Below, piece by piece: positions 51,565 to 61,945 of a stretch of DNA of 64,000 bases. Under the pieces are notes generated by a model that was not told the origin of the DNA, did not search any database, and was given only the letters and a program-made list of their open reading frames with translations. This DNA is from Candidatus Heimdallarchaeota archaeon (lineage in GTDB: Archaea > Asgardarchaeota > Heimdallarchaeia > JABLTI01), in contig JABCTZ010000018.1 of NCBI GenBank assembly GCA_018238155.1, forward strand, positions 1-64,000. The letters are read 5' to 3'. The translations under genes were made by a program, and so were the position numbers. Position 1 is the stretch's first letter. Each line of letters begins with the position of its first letter.

Positions 51565-52449
51565 ATGAAAATAAAGAAAATTTCAATGAAAGATGTTGTA
51601 TTTAAAGCGGATAAGAACAACTCTCCAGTTTTAACCATAGAATCTGGTGAAATTGTTACTTTTGAATGCCGGGATGCATTTAATCAAGTAATTAAACAAC
51701 CTGAAGACTTACCAATTAATTTTGATATGGACCATATTAATCCTGCAACAGGTCCTGTTTTCATTAAAGGTGCGGAACCAGGAGATACCCTCGAAGTTCA
51801 TATACTAGAAATCGATGTGGCCGAACAAGGTGCTTGCTGTATTATACCGAATTTTGGATTTCTAGCATCAGAGTATCCAGAACCATGGACAAGAATCATT
51901 CCTATTAAAGATGGACATGCAATCTTCAGTGATAAAGTAAAAATACCAATTGATCCTTTCCCAGGAACAATTATTGTTGCACCTGCTGAAGGATCACATG
52001 GAACGCTAATTCCAAAAGAGTATGGTGGAAATATGGATTCAAAAGCATGTAGAGTAGGGACAATTGTTTATCTACCAATATTTGTAGAAGGTGCTTTATT
52101 TGCAGTTGGTGACGTACATGCAGTTCAAGGAGATGGAGAAGTATGTGGCACAGCTGTAGAAATTGATGCAGACGTAACAATAAAATTGGTTGTGAACAAA
52201 AAGAAGAAAATTGTACGACCACAATATGAAACAAAAGATCACTACATGACAACGGCCTGGGGTGAAACAACTGATGATGCAGCGAAAATTGCCCTAAAAG
52301 ACATGATCGATTGGTTAGTTGTTGAAAAAGGATTAACTCGAGAAGAAGCATATGCTCTCTGTAGCTGTACTGTTGATTTAAGAGTGAGTCAATTTGTAGA
52401 TGTCACACCAGGCGTAAGAGCGGTTCTCCCTAAGAATATTTTCACATAA
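51565..52449 (+). CDS. Acetamidase/formamidase family protein
   Basis: NPATGPVFIKGAEPGDTL, GGNMD, GDVHAVQGDGEVCG, EAYALCS. Confidence 0.92.
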   Translation: MKIKKISMKDVVFKADKNNSPVLTIESGEIVTFECRDAFNQVIKQPEDLPINFDMDHINPATGPVFIKGAEPGDTLEVHILEIDVAEQGACCIIPNFGFLASEYPEPWTRIIPIKDGHAIFSDKVKIPIDPFPGTIIVAPAEGSHGTLIPKEYGGNMDSKACRVGTIVYLPIFVEGALFAVGDVHAVQGDGEVCGTAVEIDADVTIKLVVNKKKKIVRPQYETKDHYMTTAWGETTDDAAKIALKDMIDWLVVEKGLTREEAYALCSCTVDLRVSQFVDVTPGVRAVLPKNIFT

Positions 52450-52474
52450 AAAAATCAAAGCACGTTGATACTCC

Positions 52475-52893
52475 ATGCAAAGCGAATATTTTGGTTATTA
52501 TAAATCTCCAATAGGCATCTTGAAATTACTATTGTACATCGTTCTGAAAATTTCAAATGTCTACCATTACTTTATTATCGTGTTTCTAATCTCGAGTCGA
52601 TTGAATTGTTATGGCCTAAAAAAGTTAAAGAATTGCAATTTTCGGATGATAATAATTTGAATCTTCTGCTGGAAGGCAATACAATCCTAAATGTAGATTT
52701 TGCCTTTGGTGTTATTCGTAGAAAACCAAATAATATGTTACTCGAAGAAAATACTAAAGAATTATTTGAAAGCATTATATTTGGCATAGGTGATTTAGTA
52801 AATGATAATTATCGTCAAATGTCAATTGCTGCTGGTGAAGGTATGCTTTGTACAATGAAGATCATTAATTTAATAACAAATGAAATATATTGA
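52475..52893 (+). pseudogene. Chimeric pseudogene: Ogt-like N-terminus joined out of frame to the 3' part of a paralog of oxidoreductase 49831..50712
   Basis: MQSEYFGYYKSPIGIL, then from 52522 EITIVHRSENFKCLPLLYYRVSNL..., colinear with 50344..50712. Confidence 0.75.
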
Positions 52894-53060
52894 ATTTGAG
52901 AAAAAATAACACTTATTTCTTTCTTTGATTACTTAGCTTTAAATAAACACCCTCCCATTTACTATATGTGAACATAAATGATTACCAATATTAATTCTCT
53001 TTTTTTTGTAAAGTTTGCGGGAGAGAAATCACTAAAGATATAAATGGATATTACAATTCA

Positions 53061-53330
53061 ATGACCAAAGAGCCAGATTATTGTTCTTCTAAGTGTAATT
53101 TAATTCCTTTTCGGCATTATTTTCTACTGGCGACATTTATTATGTGCTCAGTTAATATTCCACTTATGATATTTACCATAAGAAGTTCTAAAGAATTAGA
53201 TCCTCCAATTGATATTATTTTATCATTTTTTGGGATTACAATATATGTTTTTATGATTCTAGTTATTCTTTCATTTACTACTTACGGATATTATGCAAAT
53301 CATATATTTAAGAAAGAAAGTAAAAAGTAA
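53061..53330 (+). CDS. Small 2-TM protein, possibly truncated by a premature TAA (frame stays open to 53474)
   Basis: Two hydrophobic helices; 47 further sense codons follow the stop. Confidence 0.45.
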   Translation: MTKEPDYCSSKCNLIPFRHYFLLATFIMCSVNIPLMIFTIRSSKELDPPIDIILSFFGITIYVFMILVILSFTTYGYYANHIFKKESKK

Positions 53331-53602
53331 CATGTCATTCAAGATGAATACTTGGAGAAATGCGTATATTTGCATGATGTGCAAATTAATAATAAATCAT
53401 TAAACACAATTAGCTTTGTTGATGTATTAACACAGGCTGGTGCTATCTTCGTGGAAAACAAGAAGAAAAAATGATTTTTTTCTTGTCCACTACAGATTCA
53501 TAGCAATAAATTTGTTATATCCTGACTACAATGAGTAATTGACAAAAACTATTTATTTTATGTCGAGATGCAAACGTAGTTTAATTTTGGAGTGTACTTG
53601 AA

Positions 53603-54304
53603 ATTAGTGTTAAAATTATTTGTAGAAAAAAATCATTATTAGTAATATTCTCTCTAGTTATATTATTAGGTTCATTTACTGCAACACTTGCACCAGTAAG
53701 AGCTGAATATGCCATATACGCAGAAGAAGATGAATTAGATGCATTAGTCGTTAAGGACCTAGAAGAAGATGTAACTTATGTTTTTAATGCAACCTACAAC
53801 CCAGCTTATTATAGCTTTGATCTCACCTTATCGATCCACAAAAGAACTGATTATTCAAATCGGAGTTTACTTTTTATTCAATATACACCAGGAGTTGGTC
53901 CTGAGAGCCTTGTCTTCGTTGCACCATATGATGGAGATTTCTATCTCGGTATTTATGTTAACAATGATGAAGATGGATTAGTAACAGTTACAGTCATAGA
54001 ACAAGGTACGGGCATCGAAAAAGATGTTGAATTTCAAGGAATTAGCGTTCTTTACACTTTAAGCTGGCTTTGGATAACTCTTGGAGTTATAGTTTTAGCA
54101 GCTATTTTTGTAAGTGTTTTGTTCATTATAATAGGTTTTCTATTTATTAGAAAACGGAATGCAATTGTTGCAAAAGCTCTTGAAACTGGACAAGCATTAC
54201 CAAGAGCAGGAAGAAAGAAGAATAAGTGTCCTTTCTGTAAAGTAAAGTTACCACTTGAGAGTTTAGTAACTTGCCCATATTGTGGTGCACCAATAACTGA
54301 ATGA
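53603..54304 (+). CDS. Hidden single-pass membrane protein: signal peptide, beta-rich ectodomain, TM, cytoplasmic zinc ribbon; probable ATT start
   Basis: Frame is open from 53585 to 54304 with no ATG; GGAGTG lies 8 nt before ATT 53603; CPFC...CPYC at the C-terminus. Confidence 0.7.
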   Translation: MSVKIICRKKSLLVIFSLVILLGSFTATLAPVRAEYAIYAEEDELDALVVKDLEEDVTYVFNATYNPAYYSFDLTLSIHKRTDYSNRSLLFIQYTPGVGPESLVFVAPYDGDFYLGIYVNNDEDGLVTVTVIEQGTGIEKDVEFQGISVLYTLSWLWITLGVIVLAAIFVSVLFIIIGFLFIRKRNAIVAKALETGQALPRAGRKKNKCPFCKVKLPLESLVTCPYCGAPITE

Positions 54305-54343
54305 TTATTTAAAAACTAATCAAAAATTGATACTAAAATGGAA

Positions 54344-54739
54344 TTATGGCTTAAAAGTCATAGTCCATTTATCTTGCCCTTTCCATGAATCAAATATTTC
54401 TCCAAATCCTTCTTTTCTCATTATTTTTTCCATTTCTATTAGCAATTCTTGCTGTAGTTTGTAATCACCCGTTTCTAGGACCTTTAGTATTTTATCCATT
54501 AATTCTTTAGCGGTCCATGGGAATTTTATCAAGGGAAATTTTTCCAACTCAAATTTGATATACTTTGGGTATGGAGATAATCGTCTATCATGCACAGCAA
54601 AAGCACAAATTAGAAAAAGGCTAATAGAAATTGCTGCTTCAAGACGAAAACCAAAAATGTAGTTATCTCTTAGGCACTTCATTGAACGATAAACTGCGTT
54701 GATGTACCCATCGAGATATCCTGAAATATATTTCTGCAA
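54344..54739 (-). pseudogene. Probable 5'-truncated fragment of a helical, possibly nucleotidyltransferase-associated protein
   Basis: LDGYINAVYRS...RLEAA...PYPKYIKFELE; weak TTG start, no RBS, appears to begin mid-domain. Confidence 0.4.
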
Positions 54740-54807
54740 ATGCTTTTTTGGAATTTATTCTTTAGCTTTAAATAGCTGAAAAACAAACAATATTTAGGGA
54801 TTAATTA

Positions 54808-55737
54808 ATGAGAAGAAACAATAGAATTTGTCTTTTAACATTAGGGATTGTATTAGTTTTATTGATGTCCAATGGATTATCTAAGATAGATATTGTAAAA
54901 GCAGTCATTGAAGATAACACTACAACTCTTAGTTCAAATGGAAAAACAAAGCAGATTGTATCGGATTTTAGTGGATTTAAATTAAGTTGGCCTCGACCGC
55001 AATTTCTATACAATAATACCGATGATTACATCAGCATTCGTTGTAACGCTACTAACTATTTGTATATAACATATTTCTTAAACATAAGCAAATATTGGAT
55101 CAATGGTACGAATGCTGATTTTGAGATAAAGTTCGATTACGATTTTACCGAGGGAGGAACACTACTTAGGTTCAGTTTCTCCTCTGCATATACACTCACA
55201 GGTGAATCTTTAAGAAGTTGGTTTGATCTTCATTTACTTGGTTATGCTGATTTACGAGAGTATGATTGTCGAGTAGCTACAGATTTTGCTGATTATCATG
55301 CAGCTTATAAGAATCATAAAATGGGACTAAAGAACTCTGCTACACTTTTCTTAAAGAAACAAACAAGCTCAATGAAATGTGGAGTTAAAGATAATGAAGG
55401 TAAAACAATATTATCAAGAAAATGGTGTTCTTTGGAATATTATATACCACTAAATTATATATTAATTACTTTTATATCAGATAATATTGGAAATGAAGTT
55501 AATATTACTTCTATTGATGGGGTAATAACTTTACAAGATAGAAATTGGTTCGCTATGATTCTGGCATATAGAATAGCTATTGGCGTAGCAATTACAATTG
55601 TGGCTGTGCTTGTAGTAGTTATCCTCATCAGAAGAAAACTATCTAAATTCAGAAGAGAAGAAATCTATAGAAAATTGAATAAAGATGAAATGTCAAAAGA
55701 TGAATATATTGCTAGATTAGAGAAAGCTTTACAATAA
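54808..55737 (+). CDS. Single-pass membrane protein of unknown function
   Basis: Signal peptide, beta-rich ectodomain, TM, charged cytoplasmic tail. Confidence 0.75.
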   Translation: MRRNNRICLLTLGIVLVLLMSNGLSKIDIVKAVIEDNTTTLSSNGKTKQIVSDFSGFKLSWPRPQFLYNNTDDYISIRCNATNYLYITYFLNISKYWINGTNADFEIKFDYDFTEGGTLLRFSFSSAYTLTGESLRSWFDLHLLGYADLREYDCRVATDFADYHAAYKNHKMGLKNSATLFLKKQTSSMKCGVKDNEGKTILSRKWCSLEYYIPLNYILITFISDNIGNEVNITSIDGVITLQDRNWFAMILAYRIAIGVAITIVAVLVVVILIRRKLSKFRREEIYRKLNKDEMSKDEYIARLEKALQ

Positions 55738-56016
55738 AAGCTTTCTACTAGCTATTTTTTCCCTTTTTAGCTACTATAACAAGCAATCCCAGAGCTGCTA
55801 ATGCATGCATATAATGTGATTAACCTAGAGAAACCTAGGGTGGCAATTGTTATCACTTCTTATGGACAATTTGGATATGCTTCAAACAGTAGTAATTTTC
55901 AATATTTTAGCTATTTCTTTTTGAAGAAATTTCTAAAGAAGTAATAACGTACTGATTTTTGAACAGACCATTATCTATTAATACAAGTCTCACTTATCAA
56001 AATATAGTGATTATAG

Positions 56017-57609
56017 ATGATGATTAAAAAAAAATTCACTTTTATATTGGTAGCTTTCATTATCCCTAGTTTGCTGTTTAGCAACAATAATCTTGGAAAT
56101 GTTTTAGCTAAAGCAAATGAAGATTTTGGTAATACAACCTTTGCACCAAAGAATATGCTTGGTTCAGAAGATGCTTCATTTGATACTCATGTTGGATTGT
56201 ATTCATTTGAATACTTGGATGGATTCATCTATGGTGTTGATGGCTCTTCAAGCAATCTCTATGTTTTTGATGTTGCTACAGGAACTAGCACAGCAAATAT
56301 CTCAATATCTTTCATTTCACAAGGTATCACTACAGATGGTACTAATTTGTATCTTTCTTATTACGCATTAGGAGCAAAAAATGGTTCGATAATTAAAATG
56401 GATACATCAGGAGTTGAGATTTCAAGAATACATGTAGATATTTACGATGAGCATATCGGAGGATTAGCTTGGGATGGTACTAATCTCTGGGGTTATGAAA
56501 CTGCTTCAATGAGTCTTCTACGAATAAATCCAAATACAGGCGATGCGTCTACAAATATTTCTGTTTCAAATATTTTGCGCGGTATTACTTGGTATGATAA
56601 TAAAATCTGGACTGTTGCTTTTTTTATTGATCGCGTTATAGCCTTTGATCCTTTAACAGGAGCATACTCAGATGGATATGCAAGTCCATTCCATCATGAT
56701 TCAGGAATAACCAATAATGGTACACATATGTTTCAAAGTGATTACTTAACTGAGCTAAGAATTGCAATAACAGAATTACATACTGATCCCGGTGAAGTAT
56801 TTCTAAGACAAGAGATATTTGCGTCGACAAACTTAGATATAACATTTACTGATGAATTCTATTTTATCACTGCAAATTATTCTTCACTTATCTATAGATT
56901 TGATAGATCAAATCTCTACAATGGTATTTGGGCTGTTCCATTTCAGCCAGCAGGAATAACAGCTATAGATGAAAATACTTTATTAATAGCTCAAGAGGAA
57001 GCACCCTACAATTTATTCACATACACAACAAGTGGAACATTAGTGGCTAATCATACTGCATTAGATGTTATGATTGTCTCTCTAACTTTTGATGGAACAA
57101 ACATCTGGGCTCTGGGTCATGATAGTATCTTGTATAAAATTAATGCATTCGATATGACAATAGTTGCTGAATATTCATTTGAAAACTTCCAAGGAATAGC
57201 ATTTGATAGTAATCAAAATATAATATGGGCAACCTCAAGAGCAGAAGATAAGATAAAATATTTTGATCCGGAAAAAGAAGAAATCGGTAATGCAACAATT
57301 AACCTTGAAGCACCTGTTAATGGATTTGAATCAGGTTTGACTTATACTGGTGACTATATTGTTTTAATGTCATATTATTCAGGAAAAGCTTATTATTACG
57401 AAATAATTCCTATTGAAAAAGATGCAGAACCGACACCAACACCAACACCTACGCCCACTCCAACGCCAACAGATAGTACAACTCCTCCATCAGGTTTATT
57501 CCCAGGACTAAAGCCTCTCTATGAAGACTTGATTTTTCTTGGAATCGGTATAATAGGAACAGGTATGATTGCGACTATTATAATTATTATAGTTAAAAAG
57601 AAAAACTAA
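56017..57609 (+). CDS. Surface beta-propeller protein with (PT)n linker and TM anchor
   Basis: GITTDGTNLY, GLAWDGTNLW, LTFDGTNIW repeats; PTPTPTPTPTPT; ends IIVKKKN. Confidence 0.8.
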   Translation: MMIKKKFTFILVAFIIPSLLFSNNNLGNVLAKANEDFGNTTFAPKNMLGSEDASFDTHVGLYSFEYLDGFIYGVDGSSSNLYVFDVATGTSTANISISFISQGITTDGTNLYLSYYALGAKNGSIIKMDTSGVEISRIHVDIYDEHIGGLAWDGTNLWGYETASMSLLRINPNTGDASTNISVSNILRGITWYDNKIWTVAFFIDRVIAFDPLTGAYSDGYASPFHHDSGITNNGTHMFQSDYLTELRIAITELHTDPGEVFLRQEIFASTNLDITFTDEFYFITANYSSLIYRFDRSNLYNGIWAVPFQPAGITAIDENTLLIAQEEAPYNLFTYTTSGTLVANHTALDVMIVSLTFDGTNIWALGHDSILYKINAFDMTIVAEYSFENFQGIAFDSNQNIIWATSRAEDKIKYFDPEKEEIGNATINLEAPVNGFESGLTYTGDYIVLMSYYSGKAYYYEIIPIEKDAEPTPTPTPTPTPTPTDSTTPPSGLFPGLKPLYEDLIFLGIGIIGTGMIATIIIIIVKKKN

Positions 57610-57630
57610 TCTCTAAAACTTATCTAATAA

Positions 57631-57655
57631 TGGATGAGGCGAAAAGTTTCATCCA
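57631..57655. terminator. Hairpin between convergent genes
   Basis: tggatgaggc-gaaaa-gtttcatcca. Confidence 0.55.
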
Positions 57656-57695
57656 ACATTTTATTTTATGGAAATTTTCCAGAATTTGTGAACAT

Positions 57696-58616
57696 TTATC
57701 CATCAGCTAAATCTTCTTGTGTTGTGGTAATACTTTTTCGTGCAATCCTTTTTGCTACTTGGTAGCTATTTTCAAGCAACCTCTTAAGATTTTCACCATT
57801 TATTATATATGGAGAATCATCTATTTCTGACCAGATATTAGCAGAGACTGTTTCAATTTCTGAATTAGTGTTTGCTTCATAATTATTTCTTTCATGTGAA
57901 TATAACTCACTTACAAGATTATCTAATGATGAATTTTCTGACAAACCCATCTCTCTTTTGTATACATCTGAAATAATTCTAACACCAACACGAGTAATTG
58001 TAGATGTATCATTCGCGAGAGTATTACGCTTTACACGAAATATCTCAAAAAGCTCTTCCTTGGTTTTTCCACGCAATTTAAACAATATAAATGGATCTTT
58101 ATTTAACATATCAGCTAAAATAAGTAAAACAGCAGCAGAATGTTTACAAGGATTTGCCCAATCTGCACAATTACAACCTGCTCGTAAATCTTGTTCCATA
58201 AATGGAATCAATGAAGTATTTCTTTTAGTAAAAATTTCATTGACTTGTTCTGGAAGTTTATTAGCTAGTAATTTTGCAATAAGATAAGCATTTGAAACAA
58301 TTTCCGTTAGAATGTCTCCCCAAATCTCTTCTGAAATGATATTCACTTCAATACGTATAAGATAAGGTTTTAAACGCTCACCTTGAACTTTTGCTATGAT
58401 GAACCCTTTCTGCACCTTGATGTAAATCACTTGGCTGTTCTTAGCAACATTTTTTCCTTGGGTCAATCTATTTCCAGATTCAAGTTTTTCAATCAATTCT
58501 ATCCATTGCTCTGTCCACCAATTTCGACTTTCATCTACCTTGTTAAGTTTGAGACCATCTTTTACTTGCCGTGTTTTGGTTAGAAATCGTTTAACTCTTT
58601 TATCATCGTCTTGCAA
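57696..58616 (-). CDS. SWIM zinc-finger protein (YwqB-like partner of SNF2)
   Basis: CNCADWANPCKH; DPFILFKLRG; GAGGTGA RBS overlapping the upstream stop. Confidence 0.88.
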   Translation of the reverse strand: MQDDDKRVKRFLTKTRQVKDGLKLNKVDESRNWWTEQWIELIEKLESGNRLTQGKNVAKNSQVIYIKVQKGFIIAKVQGERLKPYLIRIEVNIISEEIWGDILTEIVSNAYLIAKLLANKLPEQVNEIFTKRNTSLIPFMEQDLRAGCNCADWANPCKHSAAVLLILADMLNKDPFILFKLRGKTKEELFEIFRVKRNTLANDTSTITRVGVRIISDVYKREMGLSENSSLDNLVSELYSHERNNYEANTNSEIETVSANIWSEIDDSPYIINGENLKRLLENSYQVAKRIARKSITTTQEDLADG

Positions 58617-58628
58617 TCAGTGATCACC

Positions 58629-61600
58629 TCAATGTATTGTTCTTAAACTTAGAACACTCCTTAGATCGTCTATGGATAGCTCAGTCAAATATGACCCTCC
58701 AGAAGAAATAACTGCATTTGCTAGACCAATTTTTTTCTTGATCAAATGGTCAATACTTTCTTCTAGTGTACCTATACAAACAAATTTGTGAACCATTACA
58801 TTCTTCTTTTGACCAATTCTAAATACTCTGTCTGTTGCTTGATTTTCAACTGCGGGGTTCCACCAACGATCTATATGAAAAACATGATTTGCACTTGTTA
58901 AGTTCAAGCCAACTCCTCCCGCTTTGATTGAAAGAATAAATAATTTTGGACTTTCAGGATTATCTTCGTCTTGGAATGCTTGAATCATTTTCTCGCGATT
59001 CTTCTGTGAAGTATCTCCTGATAAAAACAATGGTTCTATATCAAATTTATTCTTGAGATAAATTTTCAACATTTTACCAAGTTCTTTGTACTGTGTGAAA
59101 ATCAATGCTTTTTCACTATTTGAAAGAACTTCTTCAAGCATTTCCTCTAATCGTTCAAATTTACAAGAACGGTTGTTTAATTTCTTTGACCCTTCGTGCA
59201 TGAACTGTGCTGGATGATTGCAAATTTGCTTTAATTTCGTGATTGTAGCTAATACTAATCCTTTTCTTTGAATTCCTTGAACAGTATTTAATTGTTCAAA
59301 TAGATCTTTAATGACGGCCTCATAGAGGATTGCTTGCTCTTCTGTTAGAGAACAGTAGACATTATATTCCATCTTCTCAGGCAAATCATTAATTATTGAT
59401 TTGTCAGTTTTCAATCGTCTCAGTAAGAACGGTTGAATTATTTTTGATAGGTGGTTGATCTTATTTTTGTCGAAATTTTTCTCAATTGGTTGAATGTAGT
59501 TTTCGTTAAAAGCATTTAATGAGCTGAGATATCCGGGATTGATGAAATCAATAATTGACCATAATTCGGATAAACGATTTTCAATCGGTGTTCCAGTAAG
59601 TGCAATCTTATATTTGCTTTCTAGTTTTTTAATAGCACGAGTTTGTTTTGCATGTGGATTCTTAATATTCTGTGCTTCATCAAGAATAATGTTATACCAT
59701 TTCATTGTTGATAATGTTGAAAAGTCTCGCTGTGCTAAATTGTAAGTAGTAATAACAATATCATATGTCTCGAGTGTCCTTTCAAATTCTTCACAATTTG
59801 GTCTTTCAGGTCCATGATAGATTAGAGCCTTTAAACTAGGAGCAAAGCGATTAATCTCTCGTAACCAGTTACCAACAATGGATGTTGGGCAAATTAAGAG
59901 AGAAGGATTCATAGTTGTAGTCTTTTGATTTTTAGTACGCAATAATAGAGCGATTAATTGAATTGTTTTCCCAAGACCCATATCGTCTGCAAGACAAATA
60001 CCAAAACCGTAATCTTGAAGAAAATGCATCCATGAAAAGCCTTCAATCTGATATGGCCGTAATTCCCCTTGAAAGTTTTCAGGAGTTGAAAGTAATTCTA
60101 TTTTATTTGAACCACCAATTCTCTTAGTAAAATACCGAAATGCTGGTGTTTCATCCATTGAGAATTCAAATAGTGAATCAATATCAGGGTCCTCTGTTAT
60201 TGCAATCTGTAAAGCTTCTGCAGAGGAAATCAGCTTTCTTTGATATCTGTTTTTGATTATATCAAGCATCTGATTGATTCTATCTTGATCAATTTTTATC
60301 CATTGACCCCGTATTCTAACGAATGGTACTCGTAGTTCAGCTAATTTCTCAAATTCCTCAATTGATAGCTGAGTTCCATCTATTGCTATTTCCCACTCAA
60401 ATTTCAAGAAAGAATTTAACCTGAACATATCAGTATTTGTTTTTGAGCCTACATTGTTAGGTTCTACTTTTAATAATAGGTCGACATCTTTTGGTGGATT
60501 TTTCCACCAAGCAGGTAACAGTACTCCAAAACCTTGATCCTCCAATATTTGGGAGTAATTTTCTAAAAAGTCAAAAGCCTCATCCTTTTCAATAACAAGC
60601 TCAGTTGGAAATGCTCTTTGAAGGCTTTCCTCAATCTTCGGATAAATACTCGAGACTCTTCCTAGATCTATGAGCAACCTTTCTTGGGGGTTCTCAAACC
60701 TCTTCTCAAGAAAAGCAATCGTTCCAGTCTTACTATTCCAAATATCTTTTGCCGGGATAATTAAGCTAGGATCATTCTGTGCTTGTAGATGATATTCAAG
60801 CTTCCAAATGGATTCATCCATATCTGATATTTCTTCTTCACTTGGAGGAGTTAGTTTTAAAGATAATCTAAAAGGGTTAGCATTTTTTTCTGGAAGAATT
60901 TTATTCAACCAAGCATTTAGCGTACCCAAAAAAACATCAAATTCATTTGAAGAATAAGTTACTAACATTTTATCAGAGTCAAATAGAGATTGAAACCAGT
61001 CTCGAGCAATTTCAGAAGTTTGAATGTTAATATCATTTCTATATTTCGGAAGAAAGACACCAAGTTTATTTCTGATAAAAGAATCTAGTAGTGAATTAAT
61101 AAATGAAAGAATTTGATTTCTTGCTGCAAGAAAATCTGATGTATCAGTAAAGTTATTGTCAATTAATTCTTGTGAAAAGGTTACTATTTTTGACTCACCC
61201 TTCAAGTCCAATATCGCTTTCCACATACCAAGGAAGCTAGTTTCAGTTCTATTTCTTTTTTCAATATGGACGAAGGGAATGAATTTTTCTTTAGCAATAA
61301 TCTCTAAAACGAATTTTGCAATTTTCAACCAAAATTTAGTTGAGTCGCTTAGCGAGAAATAATCCAATTTATTTTCCAATTGCTGTAATAAGAAATCCAT
61401 TATCTCGAGAGGAGGAATGGTTAGAGCTTCTACTTCGAAATTTTTATTTGAATGATTTATGGTAATTGTACTTGCTTTTGTGGCTACAAAATTAATATCA
61501 TCCAAACCGGCTATTCGCAATATTTTCAGAATTTGGTTGATGTTTCTAGCATTGGGGTATATTGTTGAGTTAGCAATAGTTCGTTTATCAGTTCGAAACT

Positions 61601-61700
61601 CCTTTCTTCCGAATAGTGAATCAAATGTTTCAACCCAGATATAGAAATTATCCTTATCCCAAACTGAATGAACTAATTCCAAAACACAAGCTCCTAACAT
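58629..61700 (-). CDS. SNF2-family helicase/ATPase (YwqA-like)
   Basis: LADDMGLGKT, DEAQ, TGTPIENRLSELWS, GGVGLNL, QATDRVFRIGQ. Confidence 0.93.
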   Translation of the reverse strand: MLGACVLELVHSVWDKDNFYIWVETFDSLFGRKEFRTDKRTIANSTIYPNARNINQILKILRIAGLDDINFVATKASTITINHSNKNFEVEALTIPPLEIMDFLLQQLENKLDYFSLSDSTKFWLKIAKFVLEIIAKEKFIPFVHIEKRNRTETSFLGMWKAILDLKGESKIVTFSQELIDNNFTDTSDFLAARNQILSFINSLLDSFIRNKLGVFLPKYRNDINIQTSEIARDWFQSLFDSDKMLVTYSSNEFDVFLGTLNAWLNKILPEKNANPFRLSLKLTPPSEEEISDMDESIWKLEYHLQAQNDPSLIIPAKDIWNSKTGTIAFLEKRFENPQERLLIDLGRVSSIYPKIEESLQRAFPTELVIEKDEAFDFLENYSQILEDQGFGVLLPAWWKNPPKDVDLLLKVEPNNVGSKTNTDMFRLNSFLKFEWEIAIDGTQLSIEEFEKLAELRVPFVRIRGQWIKIDQDRINQMLDIIKNRYQRKLISSAEALQIAITEDPDIDSLFEFSMDETPAFRYFTKRIGGSNKIELLSTPENFQGELRPYQIEGFSWMHFLQDYGFGICLADDMGLGKTIQLIALLLRTKNQKTTTMNPSLLICPTSIVGNWLREINRFAPSLKALIYHGPERPNCEEFERTLETYDIVITTYNLAQRDFSTLSTMKWYNIILDEAQNIKNPHAKQTRAIKKLESKYKIALTGTPIENRLSELWSIIDFINPGYLSSLNAFNENYIQPIEKNFDKNKINHLSKIIQPFLLRRLKTDKSIINDLPEKMEYNVYCSLTEEQAILYEAVIKDLFEQLNTVQGIQRKGLVLATITKLKQICNHPAQFMHEGSKKLNNRSCKFERLEEMLEEVLSNSEKALIFTQYKELGKMLKIYLKNKFDIEPLFLSGDTSQKNREKMIQAFQDEDNPESPKLFILSIKAGGVGLNLTSANHVFHIDRWWNPAVENQATDRVFRIGQKKNVMVHKFVCIGTLEESIDHLIKKKIGLANAVISSGGSYLTELSIDDLRSVLSLRTIH

Positions 61701-61945
61701 TCTTTAATGTGGAATACAGTATTCGCTCTTTTATTACTTAAATGCAAGTAAGATTTACATATTGTACAGAAAAATAATGAGATTCAACAATTATTATATT
61801 CACATAGCTGAGGTTGTAAAGTAGAAAACAAAAAAAAGAGTGGTTTCAAAATTCTTCTCTAAAGAATTGCATAGTTGATTGTTATTTTATTGTATTATTA
61901 GACTAGTAGGAATTTTGAAAGCCTTTTTCTTGCAACAATATCGAC

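Noticed and set aside
55783-55944. Open frame of about 50 codons in an intergenic region (MHAYNVINLEKPRVAIV...)
   Set aside because: No RBS or recognisable motif; cannot be distinguished from chance or an unidentifiable remnant
57427-57471. Short tandem DNA repeat (ccNacN)n
   Set aside because: Encodes an ordinary (Pro-Thr)n linker with varied third positions; not a contingency locus
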